This document shows, piece by piece, positions 17,975 to 26,274 of a stretch of 32,000 nucleotides of DNA. Source of the stretch: Geobacter metallireducens GS-15 (GTDB lineage: Bacteria > Desulfobacterota > Desulfuromonadia > Geobacterales > Geobacteraceae). The stretch's first letter is position 1. Each line of letters begins with the position of its first letter. The translations under genes and the position numbers were made by a program. The stretch is from positions 3,630,001-3,662,000 of the forward strand of contig NC_007517.1 in assembly GCF_000012925.1 (NCBI RefSeq). The letters run 5' to 3'. The notes under the pieces were generated by a model that did no database searches, was not told the DNA's origin, and was given only the letters and a program-made list of their open reading frames with translations.

Positions 17975-19195
17975 ATGCCAGTGAAGGCTGTTGAGATAAA
18001 GAAAGATATTTACTGGGTCGGCGCCGTCGACTGGGCAGTGCGTGATTTCCACGGCTACGAGACCCCCCGGGGCACCACCTATAACAACTACCTGATCATG
18101 GACGACGAGATCACCCTCATCGACACGGTCAAGTATGATTTTGCCACCTACACCCTCAAGAACATCAGCGGGGTGGTGGACCCGGCACGGATCAAGAACG
18201 TTATCATCAACCACATCGAAAACGACCACGTCACGAGCCTCGACTGTGTCATGGATCTGGCCCCCAACGCCACCATCTACATCTCGGAAAAGGGGAAAAA
18301 GGGGCTTGAGCGCTTCTTCGACCTCTCCCGCTGGAACGTGAAGACGGTCAAGACGGGGGACACCCTCACCATCGGCAAGCGGACCCTCGAATTCCTCGAA
18401 ACCCCCATGCTCCACTGGCCCGACTCCATGGTGACCTATGCCCGTGAAGACAAGATCCTCTTCACCCAGGACGCCTTTGGCCAGCACGTGGCCTCGGCAA
18501 ACCGCTTCGATGACGAGTACGAGATTTCCAACTCCCCGGTCGAACTGGAAGACGCGGTCGTCGACTACTACGCCAACATCCTCATGCCCTTCGGCCAGAT
18601 GATCAAGACCAAGATTGCCGAGATCCAGGCAAAGGGATTCGAGATCGACATAATCGCTCCGGATCACGGCCTCATCTGGCGCAAAGACCCCGGCAAGGTC
18701 CTCGGCATGTACCTGGACATGGCCAACGGCAAGGCCCGGGAATCGGTGGCGATCATCTACGACACCATGTGGCAGAGCACCGAGAAGATGGCGGGCCCCA
18801 TCGCCGAAGGGGTCAGGGCCGAGGGTCTCAACTGCCAGATCATCAAGCTGCGGGCCACCCCCACCAGCGTCGCCATCAAGGAATTCTGGAAGTGCCGTGG
18901 CGCCCTCATCGGCTCACCGACCCTCAACAACATCCTCTTCCCGAGCGTGGCCGAATTCCTCACCCACCTGCGGGGCCTGCGCCCAAAAAACCGGATCGTC
19001 GGGGCCTTCGGCAGCTTCGGCTGGGGGGGCGGCGCCGTGAAGGAGTCCTACGAGGTGTTCAAACAGATGGGGCTCCAGACCGTGGAACCGGGAATCCAAC
19101 TCGCCTACCGTCCTTCCCTGGCCGACGAGGAGGCCTGCTTCGAATTCGGCCGCACCTTCGCCCGCCAGGTATCCGAGTACCACAAGGGGTTCTGA
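17975..19195 (+). CDS. Flavodiiron protein (FprA / rubredoxin:oxygen oxidoreductase family)
   Basis: Metallo-beta-lactamase-like domain with the diiron motif NHIENDHVTS (HxExDH). C-terminal flavodoxin domain (VAIIYDTMWQSTEKMA ... GSPTLNN ... FGSFGWGGGA). AGGAGG SD upstream. 406 aa. Confidence 0.92.
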   Translation: MPVKAVEIKKDIYWVGAVDWAVRDFHGYETPRGTTYNNYLIMDDEITLIDTVKYDFATYTLKNISGVVDPARIKNVIINHIENDHVTSLDCVMDLAPNATIYISEKGKKGLERFFDLSRWNVKTVKTGDTLTIGKRTLEFLETPMLHWPDSMVTYAREDKILFTQDAFGQHVASANRFDDEYEISNSPVELEDAVVDYYANILMPFGQMIKTKIAEIQAKGFEIDIIAPDHGLIWRKDPGKVLGMYLDMANGKARESVAIIYDTMWQSTEKMAGPIAEGVRAEGLNCQIIKLRATPTSVAIKEFWKCRGALIGSPTLNNILFPSVAEFLTHLRGLRPKNRIVGAFGSFGWGGGAVKESYEVFKQMGLQTVEPGIQLAYRPSLADEEACFEFGRTFARQVSEYHKGF

Positions 19196-19201
19196 TCCCC
19201 C

Positions 19202-20464
19202 ATGGACCTGCACTACGGCGACACCTCATTCACCCTGACGCTTCCCCCGGAGCGGCTTCTCGGCGTCATCCGCCCGGAAATCGGCGTACCGGTCGACAGG
19301 CCCGAAACGATCATCGCGGCCGCCCTCGACCGGTGCGCCGAAACGATCGGCACCTTCCGGCCCGGGGAGCGGGTCGTCATCGTCACCTCGGATATCACCC
19401 GCTACACCGGGAGTGAGCTCTACCTGCCGCTTCTCGTGGAACGACTGGTGGCCACCGGCATCCGGGAGCGGGACATGGAAATCCTCGTGGCCCTCGGCAT
19501 CCACCGGAAGCAGACGGAGCATGAGCACCAAAAGATCGCCGGCCCCCTCCACGGCCGGATCCGGATCGTGGACCACGACTGCGACGACCCGGGGCAGTTG
19601 GCCTTCATCGGCCGCACCTCCAACGGCATCGAGGTGACCGTGAACCGCCGGGTGGTGGAGGCGGACCGGGTCATCCTCACCGGCACCATCGGTTTCCACT
19701 ACTTCGCCGGTTTCGGTGGGGGGAGAAAGAGCATCCTCCCCGGCGTGGCGTCCCGGGCAACGTGCATGGCCAGCCACTTCGCCGTCCTGAACCCCGGCGA
19801 GGGGACCGGCAAGAACCCCCTGGCCGTTACCGGCAACCTGGAGGGGAACCCGGTCCACGGCGCCATGGTGGAGGCGTGCGCCATGGTGGAGCCCGACTTC
19901 ATCCTGAACACGGTCCTCTCCCCGGACAAGCGGATCATGGCCGCCTTTGCCGGCCCTTGGCGGGAGGCCCACGAAGAGGGGTGCCGCTTCTACGCCGAGC
20001 GGTTCGCCTGGCCGCTCCGGGAGAAGGCGGATCTCGTCGTGGTCTCCTGCGGCGGCTTCCCCAAGGACATCAACGTCATCCAGTCCCACAAGGCCATGGA
20101 GTACGGTAGCCAGGCACTGAAGGAGGGGGGGGTCATGGTCCTCCTGGCCCAGTGCCGGGACGGCTACGGCAACGCCACCTTCTTCGACTGGTTCCGGTTC
20201 AGGGATCTGGGCGCCTTTGAGACGCGGCTCCGGAGCCACTACGAGATCAACGGCCAGACCGCCTACTCCCTGCTCCAAAAAGCGCAGAAATTCCGCGTCA
20301 TCCTCGTCTCGGAGCTTCCGCCGGAGGAAGTCCGCACCATGGGAATGACTCCAGCAAGGAGCCTCGACGAGGCCATGGCACAGGCGGCGGAGTTCCTCCC
20401 GGCCGACTACACCGCCTACGTCATCCCCGAGGGGGGAACGGTGCTGCCGGTAATAAAACCATGA
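19202..20464 (+). CDS. larA: LarA-family nickel-pincer-dependent 2-hydroxyacid racemase/epimerase (lactate racemase-like, DUF2088)
   Basis: VIVTSDITR, ALGIHRKQT and TGTIGFHYFAGFGGGRKSILPG match LarA-family conserved His and Lys positions as I remember them. 420 aa. The ATG lies 6 nt after the flavodiiron stop. Confidence 0.85.
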   Translation: MDLHYGDTSFTLTLPPERLLGVIRPEIGVPVDRPETIIAAALDRCAETIGTFRPGERVVIVTSDITRYTGSELYLPLLVERLVATGIRERDMEILVALGIHRKQTEHEHQKIAGPLHGRIRIVDHDCDDPGQLAFIGRTSNGIEVTVNRRVVEADRVILTGTIGFHYFAGFGGGRKSILPGVASRATCMASHFAVLNPGEGTGKNPLAVTGNLEGNPVHGAMVEACAMVEPDFILNTVLSPDKRIMAAFAGPWREAHEEGCRFYAERFAWPLREKADLVVVSCGGFPKDINVIQSHKAMEYGSQALKEGGVMVLLAQCRDGYGNATFFDWFRFRDLGAFETRLRSHYEINGQTAYSLLQKAQKFRVILVSELPPEEVRTMGMTPARSLDEAMAQAAEFLPADYTAYVIPEGGTVLPVIKP

Positions 20465-20573
20465 AATAACACAGAGCAACTGAGCAACAGAGTTGAAAAT
20501 CACAAGACAAGTTCTTTGAACGTTTTGTATTTTAGCTTTTGATTTCTCAGTTGCTCTGTTGCTCTGTGTTATT
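20465..20573 (+). repeat. Hairpin element copy B (arms 20465..20492 and 20546..20573, 53-nt spacer), GCAAC-type variant
   Basis: Left arm AATAACACAGAGCAACTGAGCAACAGAG. Reverse complement of the right arm AATAACACAGAGCAACAGAGCAACTGAG (26/28). It begins on the nucleotide after the larA TGA and ends 16 nt before the glcD-like ATG. Confidence 0.85.
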
Positions 20574-20589
20574 CAAGAACAGAGGTAAC

Positions 20590-21969
20590 ATGCTCGACAA
20601 CCGCATCATCGATGAACTGAAAACCATCGTCGGCGCCGACAACGTGGCCACCGACCGCCAGGACCTGATCTGCTACGGCTACGACGCCACCCAGATGGAA
20701 TTCCTCCCCGACGCCGTGGTTCACCCCGGCAGCCCCGACGAGGTTTCCGCGGTGCTGAAGCTGGCCAACCGAGAGCAGTTCCCGGTCTATCCCCGGGGGG
20801 CCGGCAGCGGCTTCACCGGCGGGGCGCTCCCCAAGGGGGGCGGTATTGTCCTCGTCGTCACGCGGCTTAACCGCATCCTCCGCATCGACACCGAGAACCT
20901 CATCGCCGAGGTGGAGCCCGGCGTAGTCACCGAGCAGTTCCAACTGGAGGTGGAAAAGCTGGGGCTCTTCTACCCGCCGGACCCCGCATCCCTCAAGTTC
21001 TCCACCCTGGGGGGAAACGTGGCCGAGAACGCCGGCGGTCCCCGCTGCGTGAAGTACGGTGTCACCCGGGACTTCGTCATGGGGCTCGAAGTGGTCCTTC
21101 CCTCCGGCGAGATCATCCGCACCGGGGGCGAGACCTACAAGGGGGTGGTGGGGTACGACCTAACCCGGCTCCTCTGCGGCTCCGAGGGGACCCTCGGCGT
21201 CATCACCAAGATCATCTTCAAGCTCCTGCCGTTGCCAGAGGCGAAGAAGACCATGATGACCATCTTCGACTCCATCGACGGCGCCGCCAAGGCGGTCTCC
21301 ACCATCATCGGCAACAAGATCATCCCCACGACCCTGGAGTTCATGGATCACGCCACACTCCAGTGCGTGGAGAAGCGCTTCAACCTGGGGATTCCGGCCA
21401 GCGGCCGAGCCGTCCTCATTATCGAAGTGGACGGCGACCGGGACCTGATCGAGAAACAGGCGGCCCGCATCCAGGAATTGATCAAACCGCTGGGATTGGT
21501 TGAGTGCAAGATCGCCAAGGACGCCGCCGAATCCGAGGCCCTCTGGAAGGTGCGGCGGCTGGTGTCGCCGTCCCTTCGGGACGTGAACCCGGACAAGTTC
21601 AACGAAGACATCGTGGTCCCCCGCTCGAAGGTGCCCGACGTTATCCGGGTGATCGAGAAGATTCAGCAGAAGTACGCGATCCCCATCGTCAACTTCGGCC
21701 ATGCCGGCGACGGCAACATCCACGTCAACATCATGATCGACAAGTCCGTGGCCGGACAGGAAGAGAAGGCCCACGAGGCCATCGCCGAGGTGTTCCAGGC
21801 GGCCCTTGACCTGAACGGCACCATGTCCGGCGAGCACGGCGTGGGGCTCGCCAAGCAGCCCTACATCCACCTGGAGCTGAAACCGGCCCAGGTGGCGACC
21901 ATGCAGGCCATCAAGAAGGCCCTGGACCCCAACAACATCCTCAATCCGGGGAAGATGTTCCCGGTGTAA
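20590..21969 (+). CDS. glcD: FAD-linked oxidase, GlcD / D-lactate dehydrogenase family
   Basis: FAD-binding PCMH domain (VYPRGAGSGFTGGALP) and C-terminal GTMSGEHGVGLAK. Start set at MLDNRIIDELKTIVG (ATG 20590, AGAGG SD); the track's 20539 start reads through the right arm of element B. Confidence 0.9.
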   Translation: MLDNRIIDELKTIVGADNVATDRQDLICYGYDATQMEFLPDAVVHPGSPDEVSAVLKLANREQFPVYPRGAGSGFTGGALPKGGGIVLVVTRLNRILRIDTENLIAEVEPGVVTEQFQLEVEKLGLFYPPDPASLKFSTLGGNVAENAGGPRCVKYGVTRDFVMGLEVVLPSGEIIRTGGETYKGVVGYDLTRLLCGSEGTLGVITKIIFKLLPLPEAKKTMMTIFDSIDGAAKAVSTIIGNKIIPTTLEFMDHATLQCVEKRFNLGIPASGRAVLIIEVDGDRDLIEKQAARIQELIKPLGLVECKIAKDAAESEALWKVRRLVSPSLRDVNPDKFNEDIVVPRSKVPDVIRVIEKIQQKYAIPIVNFGHAGDGNIHVNIMIDKSVAGQEEKAHEAIAEVFQAALDLNGTMSGEHGVGLAKQPYIHLELKPAQVATMQAIKKALDPNNILNPGKMFPV

Positions 21970-21992
21970 GTAGCTGCAAGACCAACTTCATT

Positions 21993-22151
21993 AATAACAC
22001 GGAGAGACGGAGAGCACGGAGTTCCAGTACTATCAGGAAATTAGATTCACAAATGATTTCCTCATAATTCGACGATCAGCTGGACTTCTCAAAACACTTC
22101 TTCTTTTTAGTTACGAGCTTTTCTCCGTGCCCTCCGTCTCTCCGTGTTATT
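21993..22151 (+). repeat. Hairpin element copy C (arms 21993..22021 and 22123..22151, ~101-nt AT-rich spacer)
   Basis: Left arm AATAACACGGAGAGACGGAGAGCACGGAG. Reverse complement of the right arm AATAACACGGAGAGACGGAGGGCACGGAG (28/29). The spacer holds an inner 7-bp hairpin AGGAAAT...ATTTCCT. Confidence 0.88.
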
Positions 22152-22166
22152 CAAAAAGGTTTTCCC

Positions 22167-23432
22167 GTGGATCCTCTCAAACGAGTCGAAAACGAACTGA
22201 AAAAATGCGTGAAGTGCGGCGCCTGCCGGGCCCACTGCCCCGCTTTCGCCACCTTCGGCAAGGAGCCGGCCGTGGCCCGGGGGAAGGTGGCCCTGGCCCA
22301 GCACCTCCTCAAGGGGGACATCGAGCTGGACGACGCCACCTACGCCGCCATGTCCAAGTGCCTCCTCTGCGGAAGCTGCGTGGAAAAGTGTCCCAACGAC
22401 GTCCCCACGGACGAGATCGTCGTGGTGGCCCGGGAGGCCCTCTCGGGCCAGCGGGGACTCACCACCTTCCACGCGGCGGTGGGGCGGGTGATCAGGAATC
22501 GCTCTCTCATGAAATTTGGCGCCGCGGCGGCCCGGATTCTCGGTCCCCTCTTTTTCCGCAAGGTGCCGGAGACCTCGGGGCTGCGGCTCCGCTTCCCGCT
22601 CCCCTTTTTGGGGGGGAAGCGCCACATCCCCTCCATCGCGAAAAAGCCGTTCCTGGACCGCCACCCCGAAGTGATTCCAGGGGAACCGGGAAAGCCGCGC
22701 ATCGTCTACTTCGTCGGCTGCATGACCAACTTCTGCTACCCCCAGGTGGGGGAGGCGGCCCTGGCCCTGTTCCGGCACCTGGGGTGCACGGTTATCATCC
22801 CCAAGAACCAGCAGTGCTGCGGCCTGCCGGGAATGTCCGGCGGCGACCTGGACACGGTGCGCGGGTTGGCCGAGAAGAACCTGGCCGAGTTGGAGCGGTA
22901 CGAGGCCGACTACATCATGACCGCCTGCGCCACCTGCGGCGGCGCCCTCCACAAGTTCTACCCCAACCTGGTAGGTAAGCGGCACCCGGAACTGGCGGCC
23001 CGCCTCAAGGCCATCGCCGAGAAGACCGTGGACGCGGCCCAGCTCCTGCAAAAACTGGGGCTCAATCCCGAGGAAACCGGCGCCGGCAGCGACATCCGCG
23101 TCACCTACCACGACCCGTGCCACCTGAGAACCCGCGCCATCACCCGTCAGCCCCGGGAACTGCTGCAGGGGACCCCGGGCGTGGAACTGGCCGAGATGGA
23201 GGGCGCCGACAAGTGTTGCGGCCTCGGCGGCACCTTCAACGTCTACCACTACGAGAGTTCCCTGGCCATCAACAAGATGAAGAGCGCCGCCATCATCAAC
23301 ACTGGCGCCGATGCGGTGGTCACCGGCTGCCCCGGCTGCATGATGCAACTCTCCGACGGGCTCAAGCAGCAACGCAACCGGACCCGCGTCCTGCATACCC
23401 TCGAGATCCTCGCCCGTTCCATCCGCCCGTAA
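22167..23432 (+). CDS. glcF: (Fe-S)-binding CCG-domain oxidoreductase subunit, GlcF-like
   Basis: GTG start. Two ferredoxin-type motifs, CVKCGACRAHCP and CLLCGSCVEKCP. Two CCG-type Cys-rich domains (QQCCGLPG, DKCCGLGG, TGCPGC). 421 aa. Confidence 0.88.
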   Translation: MDPLKRVENELKKCVKCGACRAHCPAFATFGKEPAVARGKVALAQHLLKGDIELDDATYAAMSKCLLCGSCVEKCPNDVPTDEIVVVAREALSGQRGLTTFHAAVGRVIRNRSLMKFGAAAARILGPLFFRKVPETSGLRLRFPLPFLGGKRHIPSIAKKPFLDRHPEVIPGEPGKPRIVYFVGCMTNFCYPQVGEAALALFRHLGCTVIIPKNQQCCGLPGMSGGDLDTVRGLAEKNLAELERYEADYIMTACATCGGALHKFYPNLVGKRHPELAARLKAIAEKTVDAAQLLQKLGLNPEETGAGSDIRVTYHDPCHLRTRAITRQPRELLQGTPGVELAEMEGADKCCGLGGTFNVYHYESSLAINKMKSAAIINTGADAVVTGCPGCMMQLSDGLKQQRNRTRVLHTLEILARSIRP

Positions 23433-23437
23433 TCCGG

Positions 23438-23485
23438 CGAGTCGGCGGGACGGGGTTTCCATCCCTCTCCCGCCGACTCGTTTTT
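23438..23485 (+). terminator. Rho-independent terminator after the glcF-like gene
   Basis: Perfect 13-bp stem CGAGTCGGCGGGA ... TCCCGCCGACTCG (17-nt loop), followed directly by TTTTT (23481..23485). Confidence 0.78.
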
Positions 23486-23597
23486 CCCCTCTGGAAAAAT
23501 CGTTCTATAGTCTCCTCAATGACGGTATCCATCTCTCCCTCCCCGCTCCAATCCCCCGTCTATTCTGACAAATTAAGTCAAGATAAAAATTATTTTA

Positions 23598-23627
23598 TTG
23601 ACAGTACAAACCACTTTAGGGTATGTA
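23598..23627 (+). promoter_or_regulatory. Candidate sigma70-type promoter for the XRE-cupin regulator in an AT-rich stretch
   Basis: TTGACA (23598..23603), an 18-nt spacer, then TATGTA (23622..23627), about 48 nt upstream of ATG 23676. Hexamer match only. Confidence 0.3.
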
Positions 23628-23675
23628 AATGCTGAATAAAAACCAGTTTTATTTCTTTCTTCAACGGGGTAGCGG

Positions 23676-24239
23676 ATGTCCGAATACAACATCGGGGCCA
23701 AGATCAAAAAGCTCCGTCTGGCCAAGAAGCTGACTCTCCAGGCGGTCGCCCGAGAAACAGGCTTTTCCCCCGCCCTCATATCCCAGATCGAGAACAACAA
23801 CGTCTCCCCTCCCATCGCGACCTTGTCCAAGATCGCAAAATTCTTCGACGTTAAGATCAGCCTCTTCTTCTCCGAGGATGAAGAGGAATACCGCTATGAG
23901 GTGGTTCGCCGGGGCGAGCGCAAGGTGATCCCCCGGGTCATCTCCCGGGCCGGCACCAGCCAGGGGTACTCCTACGAGTCACTCTCCTTCCGCAAGCAGA
24001 ACAAGAAGATGGAACCCTTCCTCCTCACCGTCACCGAAAAGGCCGCCGAGGAGAACACCTACAGCCATGATGGCGAAGAGTTCCTCTTTGTCATGAAAGG
24101 GACTGCGGAGCTACTGCTCGAAGACGAACGGATCGCCCTCGAAGAGGGGGATTGCGTCTACTTCGACTCGTCCCTCAGACACCGACTCCTCTCCAGGGAC
24201 GGAAACGAAGTCCAAGTGCTGGCGGTGGTTACCCGCTAA
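23676..24239 (+). CDS. XRE-family HTH transcriptional regulator with C-terminal cupin domain
   Basis: IGAKIKKLRLAKKLTLQAVARETGFSPALISQIENNNVSP (HTH_3). Cupin: HDGEEFLFVMKGTAELLLEDERIALEEGDCVYFDSSLRHRL. Confidence 0.85.
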   Translation: MSEYNIGAKIKKLRLAKKLTLQAVARETGFSPALISQIENNNVSPPIATLSKIAKFFDVKISLFFSEDEEEYRYEVVRRGERKVIPRVISRAGTSQGYSYESLSFRKQNKKMEPFLLTVTEKAAEENTYSHDGEEFLFVMKGTAELLLEDERIALEEGDCVYFDSSLRHRLLSRDGNEVQVLAVVTR

Positions 24240-24368
24240 ACCGACACCCCCCTCAGACAACCCGTTTTTTTATGCAGAATCGTATACATAATCACCTTTA
24301 AACGTGCACGGAACTCAACAGGAGGGATTTCGCAATGCGACTGTTGAAAAAATCTACCAACCGGAAGG

Positions 24369-26102
24369 ATGGCCGCGATGTCTAAGAATGCAATCAAACC
24401 GCAACTCAAGAACCCGTTTGACCCCCCCGAGAAAGTAGAATTTACCATCCCTGGCGAAATCTCTCGGACGACCGGCCCCTACGAGGAGGCGATACAGGAG
24501 GGATACGACCTCATCCAGCGCCCCATCAAGTCGGTCAAGATCGACCAGATCGAGAAACAGCACTTCAAGAAGCGGATGACCGTGTGGGAACGCCTCAAGG
24601 TCCTCTCCGACCAGGCTCCCAACGTCCTGTACCAGAACTGGGGCAAGAACCTGGACGGTGCCTCCCTGGTGACCGCCATCATGAATATCGGCGGCCGCGA
24701 CGTTGCGGTCTACGGCCATGACTTCACTGTCCGGGCCGGCTCCATCGATGCCACCAACGGGAGCAAGCTGGCCAAGCTTTTCAACCTGGCCGGCGAGAAG
24801 GGGATTCCCCTCATCGGCATGAACGACTCCGCGGGCGCCTTCGTGCCGGCCGGGGTCGGCGGCCTCGACGGCTACGCCGAGGCATTCACGGCCCTGCGCA
24901 AGATCAGCGGCGTGGTCCCCTCCATCATGTGCATGTTCGGCTTCAACGCCGGCGGCGGCTCCTACCTGCCGCGGCAGGGGAGCTTCGTCATCCAGCCCAA
25001 CGAGACCTTCTTCGGCCTCACCGGCCCCGGCGTCGTCAAGTCGGTCCTCGGCGAGGACATCACCCCCGACGAGCTGGGGGGGCCCAAGGTCCACGGCAGA
25101 TCGGGCGTAGCCGACCTGACCGTTTCCGATGAACTTGCCGCCCTCCGCACGGCGGTCCGCCTCCTCTCCTACATTCCCGACAACAACAGCGTGGGGGCTC
25201 CATTCCAGAAGACCAGCGATCCCCTGGACCGCAAGACCTGGGAGATCAACACGCTCCTGAAAAAAGCCTTCAACTCCCCCACCGGCTTCAACACGCCGTT
25301 CGACGTCTCCATCATCATCCAGCAGATCTGCGACCACGGCGACTACTTCGAGCTCCAGCCCGAGCGGGCCAAGGAAGCGGTCACCGCCTTCGGCCGCCTC
25401 GGGGGCCAGGTGGTCGGCTTCGTGGCCAACAACTCGGCGGTGGCCTCGGGACAGATCGACTGCGACTCGGCGGTGAAGATCGCCCGTTTCGTCCGGTTCT
25501 GCAACATCTACAACATACCCATCATCTTCATGGAAGACACCACCGGCTTCCTGCCGGGGCGCGAACAGGAGAGCCGCGGCATCGTCCAGGCGGGCCGCTC
25601 CATGCTCGACGCCATCGTCGACGTCCGGACCCCGCGGATCCTCCTCATCCTCCGCAACGCCTTCGGCGGCGCCTACGCGTCCTACAACAACTACCCCACC
25701 GGCGCCGACCTGGTGCTAGCGCTTCCCACCACCCGCCTCGCCGTCATGGGGCCCGCCGGCAAGGAATTCGTCTACAAGGACGAACTGCGCAAGATTCGCG
25801 GAACCGTGGCCGAGATGGTCAAGAAGGGGACCGAGGAGCGGATCTGTGCCGGCACGGAAGCCGCGGCAGCCAAACGGGATGCCGAGAAGGAAGCCGCCGA
25901 GTGGCTCAAAGGCCAGGAAGCGACCCTGAACCAGCGGTACGAAAAAGAACTGATGAACCCGAAGGAAGGTCTAGCCCTGGGCTCCATCTCCTCCATCGTC
26001 ATGCCAACCGACCTGCGCCAGGTCCTGGGCGAAAACATCGCCTTCCTGATGCGGCACTACAAGCCGTCGCCCATGTGCGGCCCGCAGCGCGAGTTCCACT
26101 AG
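24369..26102 (+). CDS. Acyl-CoA carboxylase carboxyltransferase subunit (propionyl-CoA carboxylase beta / methylmalonyl-CoA decarboxylase alpha / GcdA-like)
   Basis: Two crotonase-like CT halves ([20 protein letters not shown] ... GMNDSAGA ... [10 protein letters not shown]; [10 protein letters not shown] ... [11 protein letters not shown] ... [11 protein letters not shown]). The ~70-aa C-terminal extension resembles the long GcdA/MmdA forms. Alternative start at ATG 24378. Confidence 0.9.
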   Translation: MAAMSKNAIKPQLKNPFDPPEKVEFTIPGEISRTTGPYEEAIQEGYDLIQRPIKSVKIDQIEKQHFKKRMTVWERLKVLSDQAPNVLYQNWGKNLDGASLVTAIMNIGGRDVAVYGHDFTVRAGSIDATNGSKLAKLFNLAGEKGIPLIGMNDSAGAFVPAGVGGLDGYAEAFTALRKISGVVPSIMCMFGFNAGGGSYLPRQGSFVIQPNETFFGLTGPGVVKSVLGEDITPDELGGPKVHGRSGVADLTVSDELAALRTAVRLLSYIPDNNSVGAPFQKTSDPLDRKTWEINTLLKKAFNSPTGFNTPFDVSIIIQQICDHGDYFELQPERAKEAVTAFGRLGGQVVGFVANNSAVASGQIDCDSAVKIARFVRFCNIYNIPIIFMEDTTGFLPGREQESRGIVQAGRSMLDAIVDVRTPRILLILRNAFGGAYASYNNYPTGADLVLALPTTRLAVMGPAGKEFVYKDELRKIRGTVAEMVKKGTEERICAGTEAAAAKRDAEKEAAEWLKGQEATLNQRYEKELMNPKEGLALGSISSIVMPTDLRQVLGENIAFLMRHYKPSPMCGPQREFH

Positions 26103-26109
26103 ATTATTG

Positions 26110-26232
26110 AATAACACAGAGACACGGAGGACACGGAGAAAAACCTCTTGAACGGTTTCACCTGCTGTGCCGAGGCTTACCCCAATTAATGGTTTTAGCC
26201 GTTCTCCGTGCCCTCAGTCTCTCCGTGTTATT
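26110..26232 (+). repeat. Hairpin element copy D (arms 26110..26140 and 26202..26232, 61-nt spacer)
   Basis: Left arm AATAACACAGAGACACGGAGGACACGGAGAA. Reverse complement of the right arm AATAACACGGAGAGACTGAGGGCACGGAGAA (27/31). Lies between the carboxyltransferase and biotin carboxylase genes. Confidence 0.85.
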
Positions 26233-26274
26233 GATCAGGCATTTTTCATTCTAATGAATTGGAGATAGAGACCA

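Noticed and set aside
23573-23830. 85-aa minus-strand ORF overlapping the AT-rich region and the start of the XRE-cupin regulator gene.
   Set aside because: It overlaps a clear HTH-encoding frame on the + strand and runs through the probable promoter. It has no motifs.
24240-24368. Possible riboswitch or attenuator in the leader of the carboxyltransferase gene, and likewise in the ~85-nt hppA leader (16551..16640).
   Set aside because: I could not recognise any known riboswitch consensus (e.g. GEMM, B12, TPP), and no convincing terminator/antiterminator pair. Only the small uORF is reported. An Rfam cmscan would settle it.
12868-26232. Target-site duplications flanking hairpin copies A-D.
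   Set aside because: I compared the 5-10 nt outside each pair of termini by eye and found no consistent direct repeat. Boundaries need empty-site comparisons before any claim can be made.
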